From a virus (Duplodnaviria > Caudoviricetes): a stretch of 57,277 bases of DNA. The translations under genes were made by a program, and so were the position numbers. The stretch covers positions 1 to 57,277 of the IMG/VR virus record IMGVR_UViG_3300009169_002640; one strand, given 5' to 3'. The notes under the pieces were generated by a model that did not search any database, had not been told where the DNA came from, and saw only the letters and a program-made list of their open reading frames with translations. Of the stretch, positions 8,097 through 18,379 are shown one piece after another. Position 1 is the stretch's first letter. Each line of letters opens with the position of its first letter.

Positions 8097-10730
8097 ATGT
8101 CGAAAACGAAGAGTAGCAAGAAGCGGGAGCGGTTGGAAGCCCTGCTGGAATCCCAGGAGCGGCGCGGCGACGGACTGGGAAGCGGGGGAGACCGCCAGGA
8201 CGACGGGGGAACGGAAACCTGCATCTGCCCTGAGTGTGGGGCTACCGCCTCTCATGAACGCGGCACTCCCTGCGCCGAAACGAAGTGTCCGCAATGCGGC
8301 ACTGCCATGCGCGGGCAGGAGTCTCCATCGCCGCAGGAAGCGGTGACCGAGAGCGAACTGCGCGAGACGTTCGACCCCGCCCTACCGCGGATCGTCGAGG
8401 AGATAGATTCCCCGGCCGGCGATCACCTGATGGTGATCGAGTGCGTGCTGGGCAACGCAGACAAGCCGACCAAGAACGGACGAGTCTACACGCGCGGCCT
8501 CTTCGAGAAGTTGGTCGCAGAGTGCGCGGCCGGGACCCCGCGCTCGGGAACATGGCTGATGGAAGCCGACCACCCCGAGAGCGGCCATGCGCGCCTCTCC
8601 GCCACGATCAGCACCCCCTGGCGTAACCTGCGGATTGATGATCAGGGGCGACTGCTCGGGGAGACCAGTATTATTGACACCTCCCTGGGCGAGGATGTGC
8701 AGAAGCTGATTCGCAACGGCGTCCCGGTGCAGGTATCGAGCCGGACCTTCGCGAGCCTGACGCAGGAGGTGAGGGACGGTCAAACCGTACAGATCGTAGA
8801 GGAGTCATCTGCCCTGGAGCACTGGGGCGGGTGGGATGGAGTTCTCGGCGCGGCCGCTGACGGCGCCGGGGTGACAAGCTATCGGGAGGCCGACGCGCCT
8901 GCGGCCGTTACGCCTCCAGCACTGGATGTCCCGGGCAATCCACTGGACGAGGTGCTGGAAACTATGGACATGAAGGAATTAGTCGCACAGGTTAGCGAGG
9001 GCGTGAAGGAGGCCCTCAAGCCGCTGATGGAGAGCGCAAAGCCGGGCGAGAGCCCGCCCGCCGAGAAGGCCGAAGAGAAGGCCGAGGCGGCCGCTCCCGA
9101 TCTCACCGCGAAGGTCGAGCAGGCGATGCAGGCCATTGCCGCGCTGACGGAGCGGGTGACGCAAAAGGACCAGGCTGAGGAGAAGGCAGTCCTGGAGGCC
9201 GCTACCAAACAGGCCTTGACGGAAGCGGTCAAGGCCATCATGGAGGGCGAGGAGCTGAAGGCCTGGCCGGAGGCGGCGCGCAAGCTGATGGAGTCCTCGC
9301 TCGCCGAAGTCACCTCTCCCGGGGCGCTGTCCACGACTTTCGATCGTATGCAGCGCAACCTCACTGAGATTGGCCTGGTGGTGCTCAACGGTCACCCCGC
9401 TGGCACTGGTATCGCCGGGGTGCATGTGAGTTCCAGCAAGGAGAAGAGCTTCGCCGACCGCGCCAAGGAGTTCCAGGCCGGAAAGCTTGACCCCAAGTTC
9501 CTACCGGAATCCCCCGCTGAGGTACTGGACCTTCTCTGCGAAGGCATTCCCGACAACGGAATGCGCTCTAACTCCGACCCGGATGACCCGGTGCGCAAGA
9601 TGTTGGGTGGCAATGTCTTCTTCGAGGGCTACCACCCCGGCAACCCGCGCCACGCCTTCCGGGCCGTGCTCCTTAACACCATTAAGGAACATGAGGAGTA
9701 CCTCAGAACCAACCTGCGCGGCGAGCGTGGGCCCTTCATGAAGATGCTGGAGTACACCAGCCTCTCGGGCGTGACGGCGGCGACGCCGTTCATGCTGCCG
9801 ATCATCCGCCAGGTGTGGCCACAGTTGATCGCCACGCAGATCATGTCAGTTCAGCCGATGCCGAGCACGACCGGCAAGGCTCTCTACCTCGACTTCCAAT
9901 ACGATCCGGGCGGCGGCGACCCCTCCGTGCCGGGCGAGTTCGAGAGCGAGTACGGCAACAACATCTCTGAGCAGACGGCCATCCCGGAAGTGAAGATGGT
10001 GATCTCCGAGGCCGATGTTGAGACGGACATTAAGAAGCTCAAGGCCGACTGGTCTACCGAGGCTGCAATGCGGCTCCGGCTTGACTACGGCCTCGACGCC
10101 TCCTCGGAATTCGTCCAGTTCATGTCCGGCGAGATTGCCCGCGAGGTCAACGCGAAGCTGATCAACTCTATGCGCCTCGACACCGACCCGAAGGGCAACA
10201 TCACGGCCGGCAACATCAACTTCGGTTGTACGGCTCCCGCCGCTGGCTATACCCAGCAGGAGTGGGATCGGGAGATTTGGCTCTTCCTGTTGCGCACCAA
10301 CGCGCTGATCACGGCGACGCGGCGACGCCCGGCGAACTGGGCGATCTGCGGCGAGAACGCGCTGATGCGATTGCAGCGCAACGAGACCTTCAAGCTGGTG
10401 CAGCAGGACGGGGCCGGCCAGAATTACGAGACCGGAATCAACCTGGTCGGCGTAATCGAGGCTGCCCCGCGCCTGAGCATCTACTCCTGCGCCTCGGACT
10501 TCTTCCCTGCGGAGAGCGTCCTGCTCGGCCGCAAGGGGCCGGACTGGTACGACTCCGGGGCGGTCTACTGCCCCATCGTGCCGTTCTACGCCAGCCCGGT
10601 ATTCGTGGACCCGGACGACCTGTGCCAGAAGCAGGCCGTCATGAGCTGGTTCGGCTACAAGAAGCTGGTCGGCAACGCCTTCGCGACGCTGACCTGTCAG
10701 GCTGGAACCACTGGAACTCCTTGGATCTAA
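8097..10730 (+). CDS. fused prohead protease (T4 gp21-like) + scaffold + major capsid protein (T4 gp23-like)
   Basis: Protease motifs KNGRVY, EADHP and VSSR; acidic helical linker; capsid motifs PIIRQVWPQLIA..IMSVQPM and KLKADWSTEAA..L...YGLDA..E.....EIAREVN. Confidence 0.9.
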   Translation: MSKTKSSKKRERLEALLESQERRGDGLGSGGDRQDDGGTETCICPECGATASHERGTPCAETKCPQCGTAMRGQESPSPQEAVTESELRETFDPALPRIVEEIDSPAGDHLMVIECVLGNADKPTKNGRVYTRGLFEKLVAECAAGTPRSGTWLMEADHPESGHARLSATISTPWRNLRIDDQGRLLGETSIIDTSLGEDVQKLIRNGVPVQVSSRTFASLTQEVRDGQTVQIVEESSALEHWGGWDGVLGAAADGAGVTSYREADAPAAVTPPALDVPGNPLDEVLETMDMKELVAQVSEGVKEALKPLMESAKPGESPPAEKAEEKAEAAAPDLTAKVEQAMQAIAALTERVTQKDQAEEKAVLEAATKQALTEAVKAIMEGEELKAWPEAARKLMESSLAEVTSPGALSTTFDRMQRNLTEIGLVVLNGHPAGTGIAGVHVSSSKEKSFADRAKEFQAGKLDPKFLPESPAEVLDLLCEGIPDNGMRSNSDPDDPVRKMLGGNVFFEGYHPGNPRHAFRAVLLNTIKEHEEYLRTNLRGERGPFMKMLEYTSLSGVTAATPFMLPIIRQVWPQLIATQIMSVQPMPSTTGKALYLDFQYDPGGGDPSVPGEFESEYGNNISEQTAIPEVKMVISEADVETDIKKLKADWSTEAAMRLRLDYGLDASSEFVQFMSGEIAREVNAKLINSMRLDTDPKGNITAGNINFGCTAPAAGYTQQEWDREIWLFLLRTNALITATRRRPANWAICGENALMRLQRNETFKLVQQDGAGQNYETGINLVGVIEAAPRLSIYSCASDFFPAESVLLGRKGPDWYDSGAVYCPIVPFYASPVFVDPDDLCQKQAVMSWFGYKKLVGNAFATLTCQAGTTGTPWI

Positions 10731-10753
10731 GCGCGCAAGCGCACTGACCCCTC

Positions 10754-10785
10754 GGAGGGGAGGCCTCTTGCGGGGCCTCCCCTCC
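10754..10785 (+). terminator. GC-rich hairpin after the capsid gene
   Basis: GGAGGGGAGGCCTC-TTGC-GGGGCCTCCCCTCC; weak U-tail. Confidence 0.55.
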
Positions 10786-10817
10786 CTCATTTCCTTGAAC
10801 CACCGTGGAGGCCGGGC

Positions 10818-12926
10818 ATGGGCGACGAGATGGTGATGGTGGAGAATATCTCAGGCGTAGACCAGCACATCGGGATATGGGTGCTGAAGGCCAGGGCAAC
10901 CCAGCCGATTCCGGTGCAGATGTTGGCGCAGGCAAAGCCTTACGTGCGTATCGTATCTCCGCCCCGAGGCGACCTGCTGGCCATCTACCGCTCATTGTGC
11001 AAGCCTGGGTGCGGACACTCCCTATGCAGCCTGACGCGGGGAGTAACGGCCGCCCTGGAGCACAACGGATTCACAGTGAACCGCGCGGACTGGCGACGCC
11101 CTGACCAGCCGCAGATTGGACGTAGCCACCTCTGCAATTCGGGGACCTTCGAAGGGCCGGCCGGGAAGTTCGCGTGGCCGCACCCCGACGCTGACATCTG
11201 CGCGCGGGCGCAGGCCGACTACTTCCGGCGCAGCTTCGACGGGCATATCTGTTCGAGCGAGGCGATCCGCGCTGCCATGATCGCCTCTGGTATCCCGGAG
11301 AATCGCTGCCATGTGGTGAACGACGCGATTGACGTTGACCTCTTCACCCCGGACGGCCCGGCATTGGAGGGGTGGCCAGGGCGATTCGTGTTCCTGATGC
11401 TGGGGGCGCTGAACCCGCGGAAGGGCTTCGACCTGGCACTGGAGGCCTACGGGAAAGCCTTCACCGCAACCGATCCGGTAGTGCTGGCGCTGAAAGATTA
11501 TGACTATGGGTGGGGTCGTAGGGGATGGTGTCAAGAGCAGGTGGCGGCCTGGCAAGCCCGCCTGGGCGAAGCGGCCCCGATGGTCGAGTACGTTTACACC
11601 ACCTGGGACGAGCAGCAGATTGCGGCCGCCTATCGCCGTGCGGCGCAGCATGGTGCCTACCTCATGCCCTCGCGCTGTGAGGGGTTTGGGCTGACTGGGG
11701 CGGAGGCGATAGCGTGCGGGTGCCGCGTCGGAATGACGGGATGGAGCGGGCAGCTCGATTATGCTACCCCGGAGAACGCCACCCTCTTCGCCTACACCCT
11801 CTCGCGGAATGAGGCGAACCCACAGGCCTATGAGCGCGACGAGCAGCCGAAGTGGGCGGAGGCGAAGGTCGAGGACATCATTGCGTGGATGAGCCGGGTA
11901 GTAGTAGAACGGCCCGATCGGGAGCGACTGAGGCGGAACTCGGAGCAGGTTCGGGCGCAGTTCACCTATGAGCGGATGGCCGAGGAGTTGGCCTCCGCGC
12001 TGGGGCTGGAGAAACCGCGGGGAGGTCGCGCTACCCCCGCAACAGAGGAGGAGAGTGGCGGCGGCAGAGTCTTGCCCGGGACATCCACCGCCGCCGCTCT
12101 TCCCATTGCTGAGCATGAGACCCTGGGAATCGGGATCCCAACGCGAGGCCGGCCGGGCTACGTCGCGGCTCTCCTGGGCGGGCTATTCTGCCAGACGAAG
12201 CGGCCGGACGCGCTCTGCCTGGTGGATGATGACGGCGGCCTGGAGAAGGACTCCGCCATTGTTCACCTGCTTGCGCTCTTTAGGCGGCAGGGAACGCGCT
12301 GCGGGATCGTGCCGGGGTCGCAGAAGGGGGCTAGTCCGAATCACCAGATTGCGATGGAGTGGCTGGAGACTGATCTGGTCTTGCGGCTAGACGACGACCT
12401 CATACCTGCCTCCCCGGACTACGTTGAGAGGCTGTACCGGCTGATCTGCGGCCAGGCTGAAATTGGGGCCGTGGGCGGAACCTACCCGAAGCTGGACGAG
12501 GAGCCGCGCGACTACCGCAAGGCGCTCGGCAAGGCGGGCATGACCAATCGCATTGAGGACATGCGCGCCGGCCGGGTAGACCTTCAATTCCGCAACTGGC
12601 AGGAGGCAGGGGAGCCGGTAGAGGCTGAGCATCTCTACTCCTCTTGGATATATCGGCGCGCCTACCTGGAGGCGGTAGGGGGATTCCCGGACTGCTACTC
12701 GCGCTTCGGGCAGCGTGAGGAGACGGATGCGAGCGTGCGACTATGCCTGCTTGGAGGCTACAAGCTACTGGTGGACCCCGGCGCGAAGGCCTGGCACTTT
12801 CTGGCGCAGGGAGGTCGCCGACCGGAACAGCGCGCGCTGCTGGCGCGGCAGGATGTGCGGACGTTTGAGGGGCGGCTGAAAGAGTGGAGGCATGAACTCC
12901 TGAAAGGAACGGGCAACGGGCAATGA
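10818..12926 (+). CDS. two-domain glycosyltransferase (GT4-like + GT2-like)
   Basis: PRKGFD and PSRCEGFGL..AEAIACG (GT4); IGIPTRGR, VDD, RLDDD and VGGF..EETD (GT2). Confidence 0.9.
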   Translation: MGDEMVMVENISGVDQHIGIWVLKARATQPIPVQMLAQAKPYVRIVSPPRGDLLAIYRSLCKPGCGHSLCSLTRGVTAALEHNGFTVNRADWRRPDQPQIGRSHLCNSGTFEGPAGKFAWPHPDADICARAQADYFRRSFDGHICSSEAIRAAMIASGIPENRCHVVNDAIDVDLFTPDGPALEGWPGRFVFLMLGALNPRKGFDLALEAYGKAFTATDPVVLALKDYDYGWGRRGWCQEQVAAWQARLGEAAPMVEYVYTTWDEQQIAAAYRRAAQHGAYLMPSRCEGFGLTGAEAIACGCRVGMTGWSGQLDYATPENATLFAYTLSRNEANPQAYERDEQPKWAEAKVEDIIAWMSRVVVERPDRERLRRNSEQVRAQFTYERMAEELASALGLEKPRGGRATPATEEESGGGRVLPGTSTAAALPIAEHETLGIGIPTRGRPGYVAALLGGLFCQTKRPDALCLVDDDGGLEKDSAIVHLLALFRRQGTRCGIVPGSQKGASPNHQIAMEWLETDLVLRLDDDLIPASPDYVERLYRLICGQAEIGAVGGTYPKLDEEPRDYRKALGKAGMTNRIEDMRAGRVDLQFRNWQEAGEPVEAEHLYSSWIYRRAYLEAVGGFPDCYSRFGQREETDASVRLCLLGGYKLLVDPGAKAWHFLAQGGRRPEQRALLARQDVRTFEGRLKEWRHELLKGTGNGQ

Positions 12927-13717
12927 GTCACAAGGTATTTAACAACGCAGAAGAGCTCAGGGCGGCTATCTCCAGTGGCAGCATTGATAAGGGAACCTTT
13001 ACGCTCGGCGATGGTTACTGGGACGCCTGGGACGCTGAACTCGACCGGCAGAATGGCAAGGACCGCCTTCCCCTGTTAGTGCAAGCGCAGTATGAACCCA
13101 TCAGGGTGGAGGTGGCAGAGGCCCTAGGTGAGGGGGCGACACAAGAGCAGGTAGAGGTGGAGGCGCGGCGTTGGCAAGAAGTGTGGGGGGCACACCTGCT
13201 CTATTGGTACGCCCGGTGCGTGCACGGACGAGAGTGCTCCGCGTACGGAGAGGCGCACGGAAACGGGGCCGAGGAGGCATATCGCCGCGCCTCGCTTCTT
13301 CGCTACGGCGACGCGGCCCTGCGGGATATTCCTCCCGGCACGTTGGTTTCGTGCCGAAGGCAGGGGCGGCAAAGGACACTTTATCTCGTCGGGCCGACCA
13401 CCGAAGACGGCCTAACCGAACTGACTGTGGCTATCCAGGCGTCATACGCATACTGCGAGCCAGTCGGTTACGTCTACAAGGAGGAAGGCTGGCTCCGCAT
13501 TTTCGAGCCAGCGACGGCGGAGTCACTTACCGAGGCGGTGACGATACATGCCCGCCAAGAAAGAACAGAAAGGGAGCGTAGGCAGCGCCAGATGGACTTA
13601 GAGCGCGAGCGGCGAAGGCAGGCCGATGCTATCGGGCGAGACGCGGCAGCCAACCCAAGGCCCGTCACGCTAGGGCGCCTCATAAGATGGTTCTTCGGGG
13701 GTGGGGGCGCGCGATGA
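12923..13717 (+). CDS. hypothetical protein
   Basis: ATGA-coupled at both ends; no recognised motif. Confidence 0.6.
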   Translation: MSHKVFNNAEELRAAISSGSIDKGTFTLGDGYWDAWDAELDRQNGKDRLPLLVQAQYEPIRVEVAEALGEGATQEQVEVEARRWQEVWGAHLLYWYARCVHGRECSAYGEAHGNGAEEAYRRASLLRYGDAALRDIPPGTLVSCRRQGRQRTLYLVGPTTEDGLTELTVAIQASYAYCEPVGYVYKEEGWLRIFEPATAESLTEAVTIHARQERTERERRQRQMDLERERRRQADAIGRDAAANPRPVTLGRLIRWFFGGGGAR

Positions 13718-14700
13718 TCCTGATGATCGGACTCGACGCCTACCCCTATCAGTGGCGCTCCCTGCTGGAAGAGCGGGATTACCGCGTCGCAGAATTGCAC
13801 TCCCCCCATGCCATGAGCGCGCCGGCCTGGACCTCGATCATGACAGGCCTGAACGCGGAGACGCATGGGGTGCGCGGGATGTATGCCAAGGATTGGACCG
13901 CGGAGGCGGCGGCGTGCCGACCCCGCTACCTCTGGGATCATCTCACGGCCGCGGACCTGGAGAGCGTGGTGGTGAATCTCCCTTTCTCCTACCCGCCCGC
14001 GCTGGTACGGCGCCTCTTGGTATGCGGCTATCCTGCGCTGCCTGAGCATTTCACCTTTCCCCGTCACAGGCAGACAGACTGGGAGTTCGGCGAGCTCGAC
14101 CTGTACAATCGCCGCCGTGGTCTCACCCATCAGGAGGTGCTGGACCTAGATGAGAAGGCGATCCTGGAGGCGCATCGGGAGGCGCGGTGGGCGCTTGCAC
14201 ACCGCTTCCTGCTGGAGATTGGGCGGGGCAAGCCCGACTTCGCGATGTTCTGCCTCACCGATCTGGACCGCCTCTCCCACTATGCCTCCGGGGCGATGCG
14301 TGCGGAAGAAGTGCGGAATGCGGTGCTGACTGACATTCTGGAACTGGTGGATCGGCTGGAAGTACAGATTGCCCCGGAGTGGTTGCTCCTAGTGTCGGAT
14401 CACGGAGTAGACCTGCGCAAGCCGACGCGCGAGGACGGCTGGCATGTCGCGCATGGGCCAGACCTCAAAGAGAGTAAGCGAGGCGTATTCGCGTGGAGAC
14501 GCGCGGACGGGGCGCACCTGGACCGCCAGAACGTAGCACAGAAGCTGCGGCTGGAGGACATCACCCCTACTGTCCTCTCGCTCCTAGACGCAGCTCCGAT
14601 CTCGCGGGTCGAGGGGAGGCCGGCGCTGTTCCCGGTCGCGCCACTAGACGAGCAGGCGCAGATTCAAGAGGCGCTGAGAGGAATGGGCTATGTCGAATAG
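13714..14700 (+). CDS. alkaline phosphatase / nucleotide pyrophosphatase superfamily enzyme
   Basis: MIGLDA, SAPAWTSIMTG, DRLSH, SDHG, DITPT, and a C-terminal LRGMGY. Confidence 0.85.
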   Translation: MILMIGLDAYPYQWRSLLEERDYRVAELHSPHAMSAPAWTSIMTGLNAETHGVRGMYAKDWTAEAAACRPRYLWDHLTAADLESVVVNLPFSYPPALVRRLLVCGYPALPEHFTFPRHRQTDWEFGELDLYNRRRGLTHQEVLDLDEKAILEAHREARWALAHRFLLEIGRGKPDFAMFCLTDLDRLSHYASGAMRAEEVRNAVLTDILELVDRLEVQIAPEWLLLVSDHGVDLRKPTREDGWHVAHGPDLKESKRGVFAWRRADGAHLDRQNVAQKLRLEDITPTVLSLLDAAPISRVEGRPALFPVAPLDEQAQIQEALRGMGYVE

Positions 14701-15577
14701 GCGGTTTCGGCCGGAGCGCAGCATGGGCGACCTGTGGGATGACCTGGCGCAAGAGAACGCGCGGTCAGCGATTCTTTACCACGCGACTCCGGAGTGGTTT
14801 GAGGAGAGCGGTAGGCGCGACGCGGAGGGGCTTTACCGGATCATGGCTCGCCTCCATGTCACCCGCCCCTGCCAGGACGCGGGCAACCGGACCATCCTCG
14901 ACCTCGGCGGCGGGATTGGGCGCATTGCGCTCTATCTCTCTCCGGTCGCCGGTCGTTACTACCTACTCGACGTGAGCCGGGAGATGCTTCGGCAGGCACG
15001 GGCGTGGCTAGACGGGCAGGAGAACGTCTCTCTTGTGCAGGGCGACGGGTTCACGCTCGCGGGCGTCCCCGACGACTCTGTGGATTTCGCTTTCTCCATT
15101 ATGGTCTTCCAGCATATGGACCGCGAGGTGTGTGTGCGCTACCTGATGGACCTGCGGCGGGTATTGGCGCAGCATGGCTACGCTTACCTGGGCGTTCCGA
15201 TGATGGAGTACCCGACGCGCTTTGCGGAGGCCGAGCGGGGGGACTGGCCGGCGAACTTCCGGCGCTGGCACCCAGGCGAGTTCCTGGAGGTATGCGCGCG
15301 CCTGGGCTACGCGATTCTGGAGGCAGACTGCGACCGCGGGCTGTTTCTCTTGCAGCGCGGTGCTGACGCGAATCTGACATGGGAGAACCGGGCAAATGAA
15401 AGGGCGACGACGGCGAGTGACAGGGCGGATCGTGCTGGAGGAGACGACGCAGGGCTGGGTAATGCGGACCCAGCGGCGACGCCTGGGGCTGTGGAGGACG
15501 GCGCAGCGGGCGGAGTATGCGGGGCTGGAGGGCTGCCTGTTGGTGCTGAGTCAGGCCTATGCGACCGCGACGCGTAA
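14690..15577 (+). CDS. class I SAM-dependent methyltransferase
   Basis: ILDLGGGIGR, DVSREML, SVDFAFS..VFQH. Confidence 0.85.
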   Translation: MSNRRFRPERSMGDLWDDLAQENARSAILYHATPEWFEESGRRDAEGLYRIMARLHVTRPCQDAGNRTILDLGGGIGRIALYLSPVAGRYYLLDVSREMLRQARAWLDGQENVSLVQGDGFTLAGVPDDSVDFAFSIMVFQHMDREVCVRYLMDLRRVLAQHGYAYLGVPMMEYPTRFAEAERGDWPANFRRWHPGEFLEVCARLGYAILEADCDRGLFLLQRGADANLTWENRANERATTASDRADRAGGDDAGLGNADPAATPGAVEDGAAGGVCGAGGLPVGAESGLCDRDA

Positions 15578-15656
15578 CGTGAAGGGCGTCCTGGTAGGGC
15601 GCAAGCTGCGGCGCCGGACCGCGCAGCAGATTGTCGCGAGGCTGCTGCGGCCATGA
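15396..15656 (+). CDS. small basic hypothetical protein (overlaps the previous ORF)
   Basis: GGAG RBS before ATG 15396; its stop overlaps the next ATG. Confidence 0.4.
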   Translation: MKGRRRRVTGRIVLEETTQGWVMRTQRRRLGLWRTAQRAEYAGLEGCLLVLSQAYATATRNVKGVLVGRKLRRRTAQQIVARLLRP

Positions 15657-16369
15657 TGACCTACTGGACTGAGGCAATGACGCAGAACCGGATTGCCCAA
15701 CTGAAGGCCGATGCCGGACAGTTCTTTGGCTTGGCGCGCGAGCAAGTGGAGGCCTGTATCGCGGTGAGTCCGGGGCAGGCGACAATCTGGAACTGGCTGC
15801 ACTGGGCGTGTTGTGAATGGGAGTATGGCTGGCCGCAGAGCATCGCGCAAGCCTGCTCCGACTTCGGGATTCGCGAGGTATTGGACTTCGGTTGCGGGGT
15901 GGGGGAAGTGGGCTTGCACCTCGCGGCGCAACTTGACGTTCCGGTGACGTTTTGTGACCAGCCGGGGCGGTCGCGGGAGTTTGTAGCCTGGCGAATAGGG
16001 CGCACCCTCGACGGGCAGATGCGCGGGCCGATAGACCCCGAGGAGGTATGGCGCGAGGGGCTATCCTGGGATGTGGTCTTGTGCCTGGAGGTGCTGGAGC
16101 ACATCGGTGCCGCGCCGATGGTGCTGAGGAAGCTGCTGGCGAGGACGCGAACTGCGTTCTGCATTTCGGGTGTGAGCGGGCGGCCGCCGACTGATAAGGA
16201 CCCCCTGCACGTCTATCGCGATAGCCTGTTGCCGGTGCTGGAGCGAGAAGGTTGGGCGCTGGTGAGGGGCGGCGGAACGCCGTGGTGGTTCATGCGCAAG
16301 GGGGAGGCGAAGCGGCGGGGCTTGGAGGTGTTGGGGGCAGACGGAAGAGGAAAGGAAACGGGCACGTGA
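15653..16369 (+). CDS. class I SAM-dependent methyltransferase
   Basis: VLDFGCGVG, WDVVLCLEVLEHI. Confidence 0.85.
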   Translation: MMTYWTEAMTQNRIAQLKADAGQFFGLAREQVEACIAVSPGQATIWNWLHWACCEWEYGWPQSIAQACSDFGIREVLDFGCGVGEVGLHLAAQLDVPVTFCDQPGRSREFVAWRIGRTLDGQMRGPIDPEEVWREGLSWDVVLCLEVLEHIGAAPMVLRKLLARTRTAFCISGVSGRPPTDKDPLHVYRDSLLPVLEREGWALVRGGGTPWWFMRKGEAKRRGLEVLGADGRGKETGT

Positions 16370-17370
16370 CCCTCCATCACATAGCTTGGTTCAAACGGAC
16401 GCCTCCCGACAATCATCCGGGCGGCGTTCCTCTTTTCGGGGACTATCTCCGGCGCGTCCTTGGCGCGAGGCTCTGGTCCTGGTCAGACTACCCGAATCGC
16501 GGGGCAGTAGACGAGCCGGAGGCGGCGCGGCTGCTGGGGGAGTATCTGTCGGTGCATCTCCTGTGTCCCGACACGGATGATGATATCGTGATCGCTGATG
16601 GATTTTGGGCGCGGGGGATACTTACCGACCATCACAATTTCGGCAGGATCATCACCGTCGCCCACGGCACATGGCGCGGGATCGCCCGGGCCTTCGGGTC
16701 CGCGCAGGCCGCCCGCCTCGGCGATATTCAGGCAGTCGAGTATGCCCGCCTGCCCGTGGTCGCGGTAAGTGAGTCGGTGGCGCAGGAACTACGCGACCTC
16801 TACGGCGTGGAACCGGCCGCGGTGATCCGCAACGGCGTGGACACGGAGGAGTTCCGCCCGCGGGAGAAGGCGCCGCGGACGCGCCCGGTGATTATCTACC
16901 CGTCCGACGCGAAGACCAAGGGCGGCGATATCGTGGCAGCCCTGCGCGCTCGGCGGCCCGACTGGGAGTTTCGGCGAATCGGCGCGGAGATCGGCGCGGA
17001 GGCGGAGGCGATAGCGCAGGGAGATGTCTACCTGCACCCCTCGCGCTATGAGGGCTGCTCCTATGCGGTCCTCGAAGCCCTCGCCTGTGGGCTGCCGGTG
17101 GTGGGCAGCGGCGTGGGGATGCTGGCGAACGGAGCTCCCGATCAGACGCGCCGGGATGATTCCTGGGGGATAGTCTGTGCGCCAGGAGTGTCGCTGCAAA
17201 CCTGGGAGCTGTCACTGGAAGAGGTATTGGCGAGGCAGAGAGAGGCCTCGCTGAATGCCCACGCCTGGGCCGTCGAGCATGGTTCCCTGACCCGATGGGA
17301 GCGCGAGTGGCGTTCCTTCCTCCAGGGCGTGCCAGTTTACGCTGGAGCGCTACGTCCAAGGAGCGCCTGA
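16366..17370 (+). CDS. GT4-family glycosyltransferase
   Basis: VAVSESV, VIRNGVD, PSRYEGCSYAVLEALACGLPVV. Confidence 0.9.
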   Translation: MTLHHIAWFKRTPPDNHPGGVPLFGDYLRRVLGARLWSWSDYPNRGAVDEPEAARLLGEYLSVHLLCPDTDDDIVIADGFWARGILTDHHNFGRIITVAHGTWRGIARAFGSAQAARLGDIQAVEYARLPVVAVSESVAQELRDLYGVEPAAVIRNGVDTEEFRPREKAPRTRPVIIYPSDAKTKGGDIVAALRARRPDWEFRRIGAEIGAEAEAIAQGDVYLHPSRYEGCSYAVLEALACGLPVVGSGVGMLANGAPDQTRRDDSWGIVCAPGVSLQTWELSLEEVLARQREASLNAHAWAVEHGSLTRWEREWRSFLQGVPVYAGALRPRSA

Positions 17371-17666
17371 TGGCTACCCGACTGCGTGATATCTTGCCTC
17401 GCCTCTCGCGCCCCGCCGCAAGCCAGGGGCAGGGTACGGCCCTCCCGACCGAGACCCTGCCCCTGGGAACTTGCGGAAGCTGTGAGGCGGTGAACTTCGC
17501 GGCATTCCGGGAGGTGGCAATGGGCGAAGAGCGCGTCTACAAAAGCCCGGATCGGCGCGCGGCAGAGGTTGGCGGCACCCCCCACCCTGTTCGCTTCCGG
17601 TGTCGTAGCTGCGGGAAGATAGTGACGCATGAGCCGGACCGGCTCGGGGAAGTGAGGTCTATATGA
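17370..17666 (+). CDS. small zinc-binding hypothetical protein
   Basis: CGSC...CRSCG. Confidence 0.55.
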   Translation: MATRLRDILPRLSRPAASQGQGTALPTETLPLGTCGSCEAVNFAAFREVAMGEERVYKSPDRRAAEVGGTPHPVRFRCRSCGKIVTHEPDRLGEVRSI

Positions 17667-18376
17667 CTTCGGCGGAACTGATTGTGGAACTGAAAGCGCA
17701 GGGCTTCGGCACCTCTCTCACCGAGACGCAGTGGGGGCAGGTGGTGACGGACGCGCTCGCGATGTTCTCCCGGCAGCGGCCCCAGTATGTGCTCGATACC
17801 TTCACCACCACGGCCGATCTCGCGACCTACGATCTGCCCGCGGGCGGCTATCTCTGCCTAGCCGTATCTCCGCAGCAGACGATAGATGACCTGTGGGCTG
17901 AACTTACTGGCACGTCTACCGACTCGCCCCTGATCGGGGACGGTGACGCGATTGTGGATTTTCACCGCCCCTCTCTCACGGACGCATTTCGCCAGAAGCT
18001 GGAGGCCTGGGCGCGCCAGTTTGGCAGTGACTTCGAGCAGCCGGAGCCGGGCGGGCCAGTGCGGCTGATTCCCGCACCCTCGGAGGCGCAGGAGATGGCC
18101 TGGTACTACACGGCCCTGCATACTACTGTTGACACAGTGCCGGACGGCGCTCTCGACCTGCTGAAGATGGCTGGCCGGGCCTGCGCGATGGGAGCCCTGG
18201 CGCTGGGAAAGACGATCTCGGTATTGGACTCAGGCGGACGACTCACGCTGGGGCCGTACACGAAAGACACTGGGAGTTCAGCCTCGCTGGTCGCCAAACT
18301 CTTCGGGGAGGCGCAAAAGCTGGAGGAGGCCTTCTATCGTGCCGCCTACCTGCCAGCCGGCGCGATCAGGGGCTAG
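17663..18376 (+). CDS. probable head-tail adaptor/neck protein
   Basis: Position; TYDLP and VRLIPAP neck-like motifs. Confidence 0.55.
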   Translation: MTSAELIVELKAQGFGTSLTETQWGQVVTDALAMFSRQRPQYVLDTFTTTADLATYDLPAGGYLCLAVSPQQTIDDLWAELTGTSTDSPLIGDGDAIVDFHRPSLTDAFRQKLEAWARQFGSDFEQPEPGGPVRLIPAPSEAQEMAWYYTALHTTVDTVPDGALDLLKMAGRACAMGALALGKTISVLDSGGRLTLGPYTKDTGSSASLVAKLFGEAQKLEEAFYRAAYLPAGAIRG

Positions 18377-18379
18377 GCG

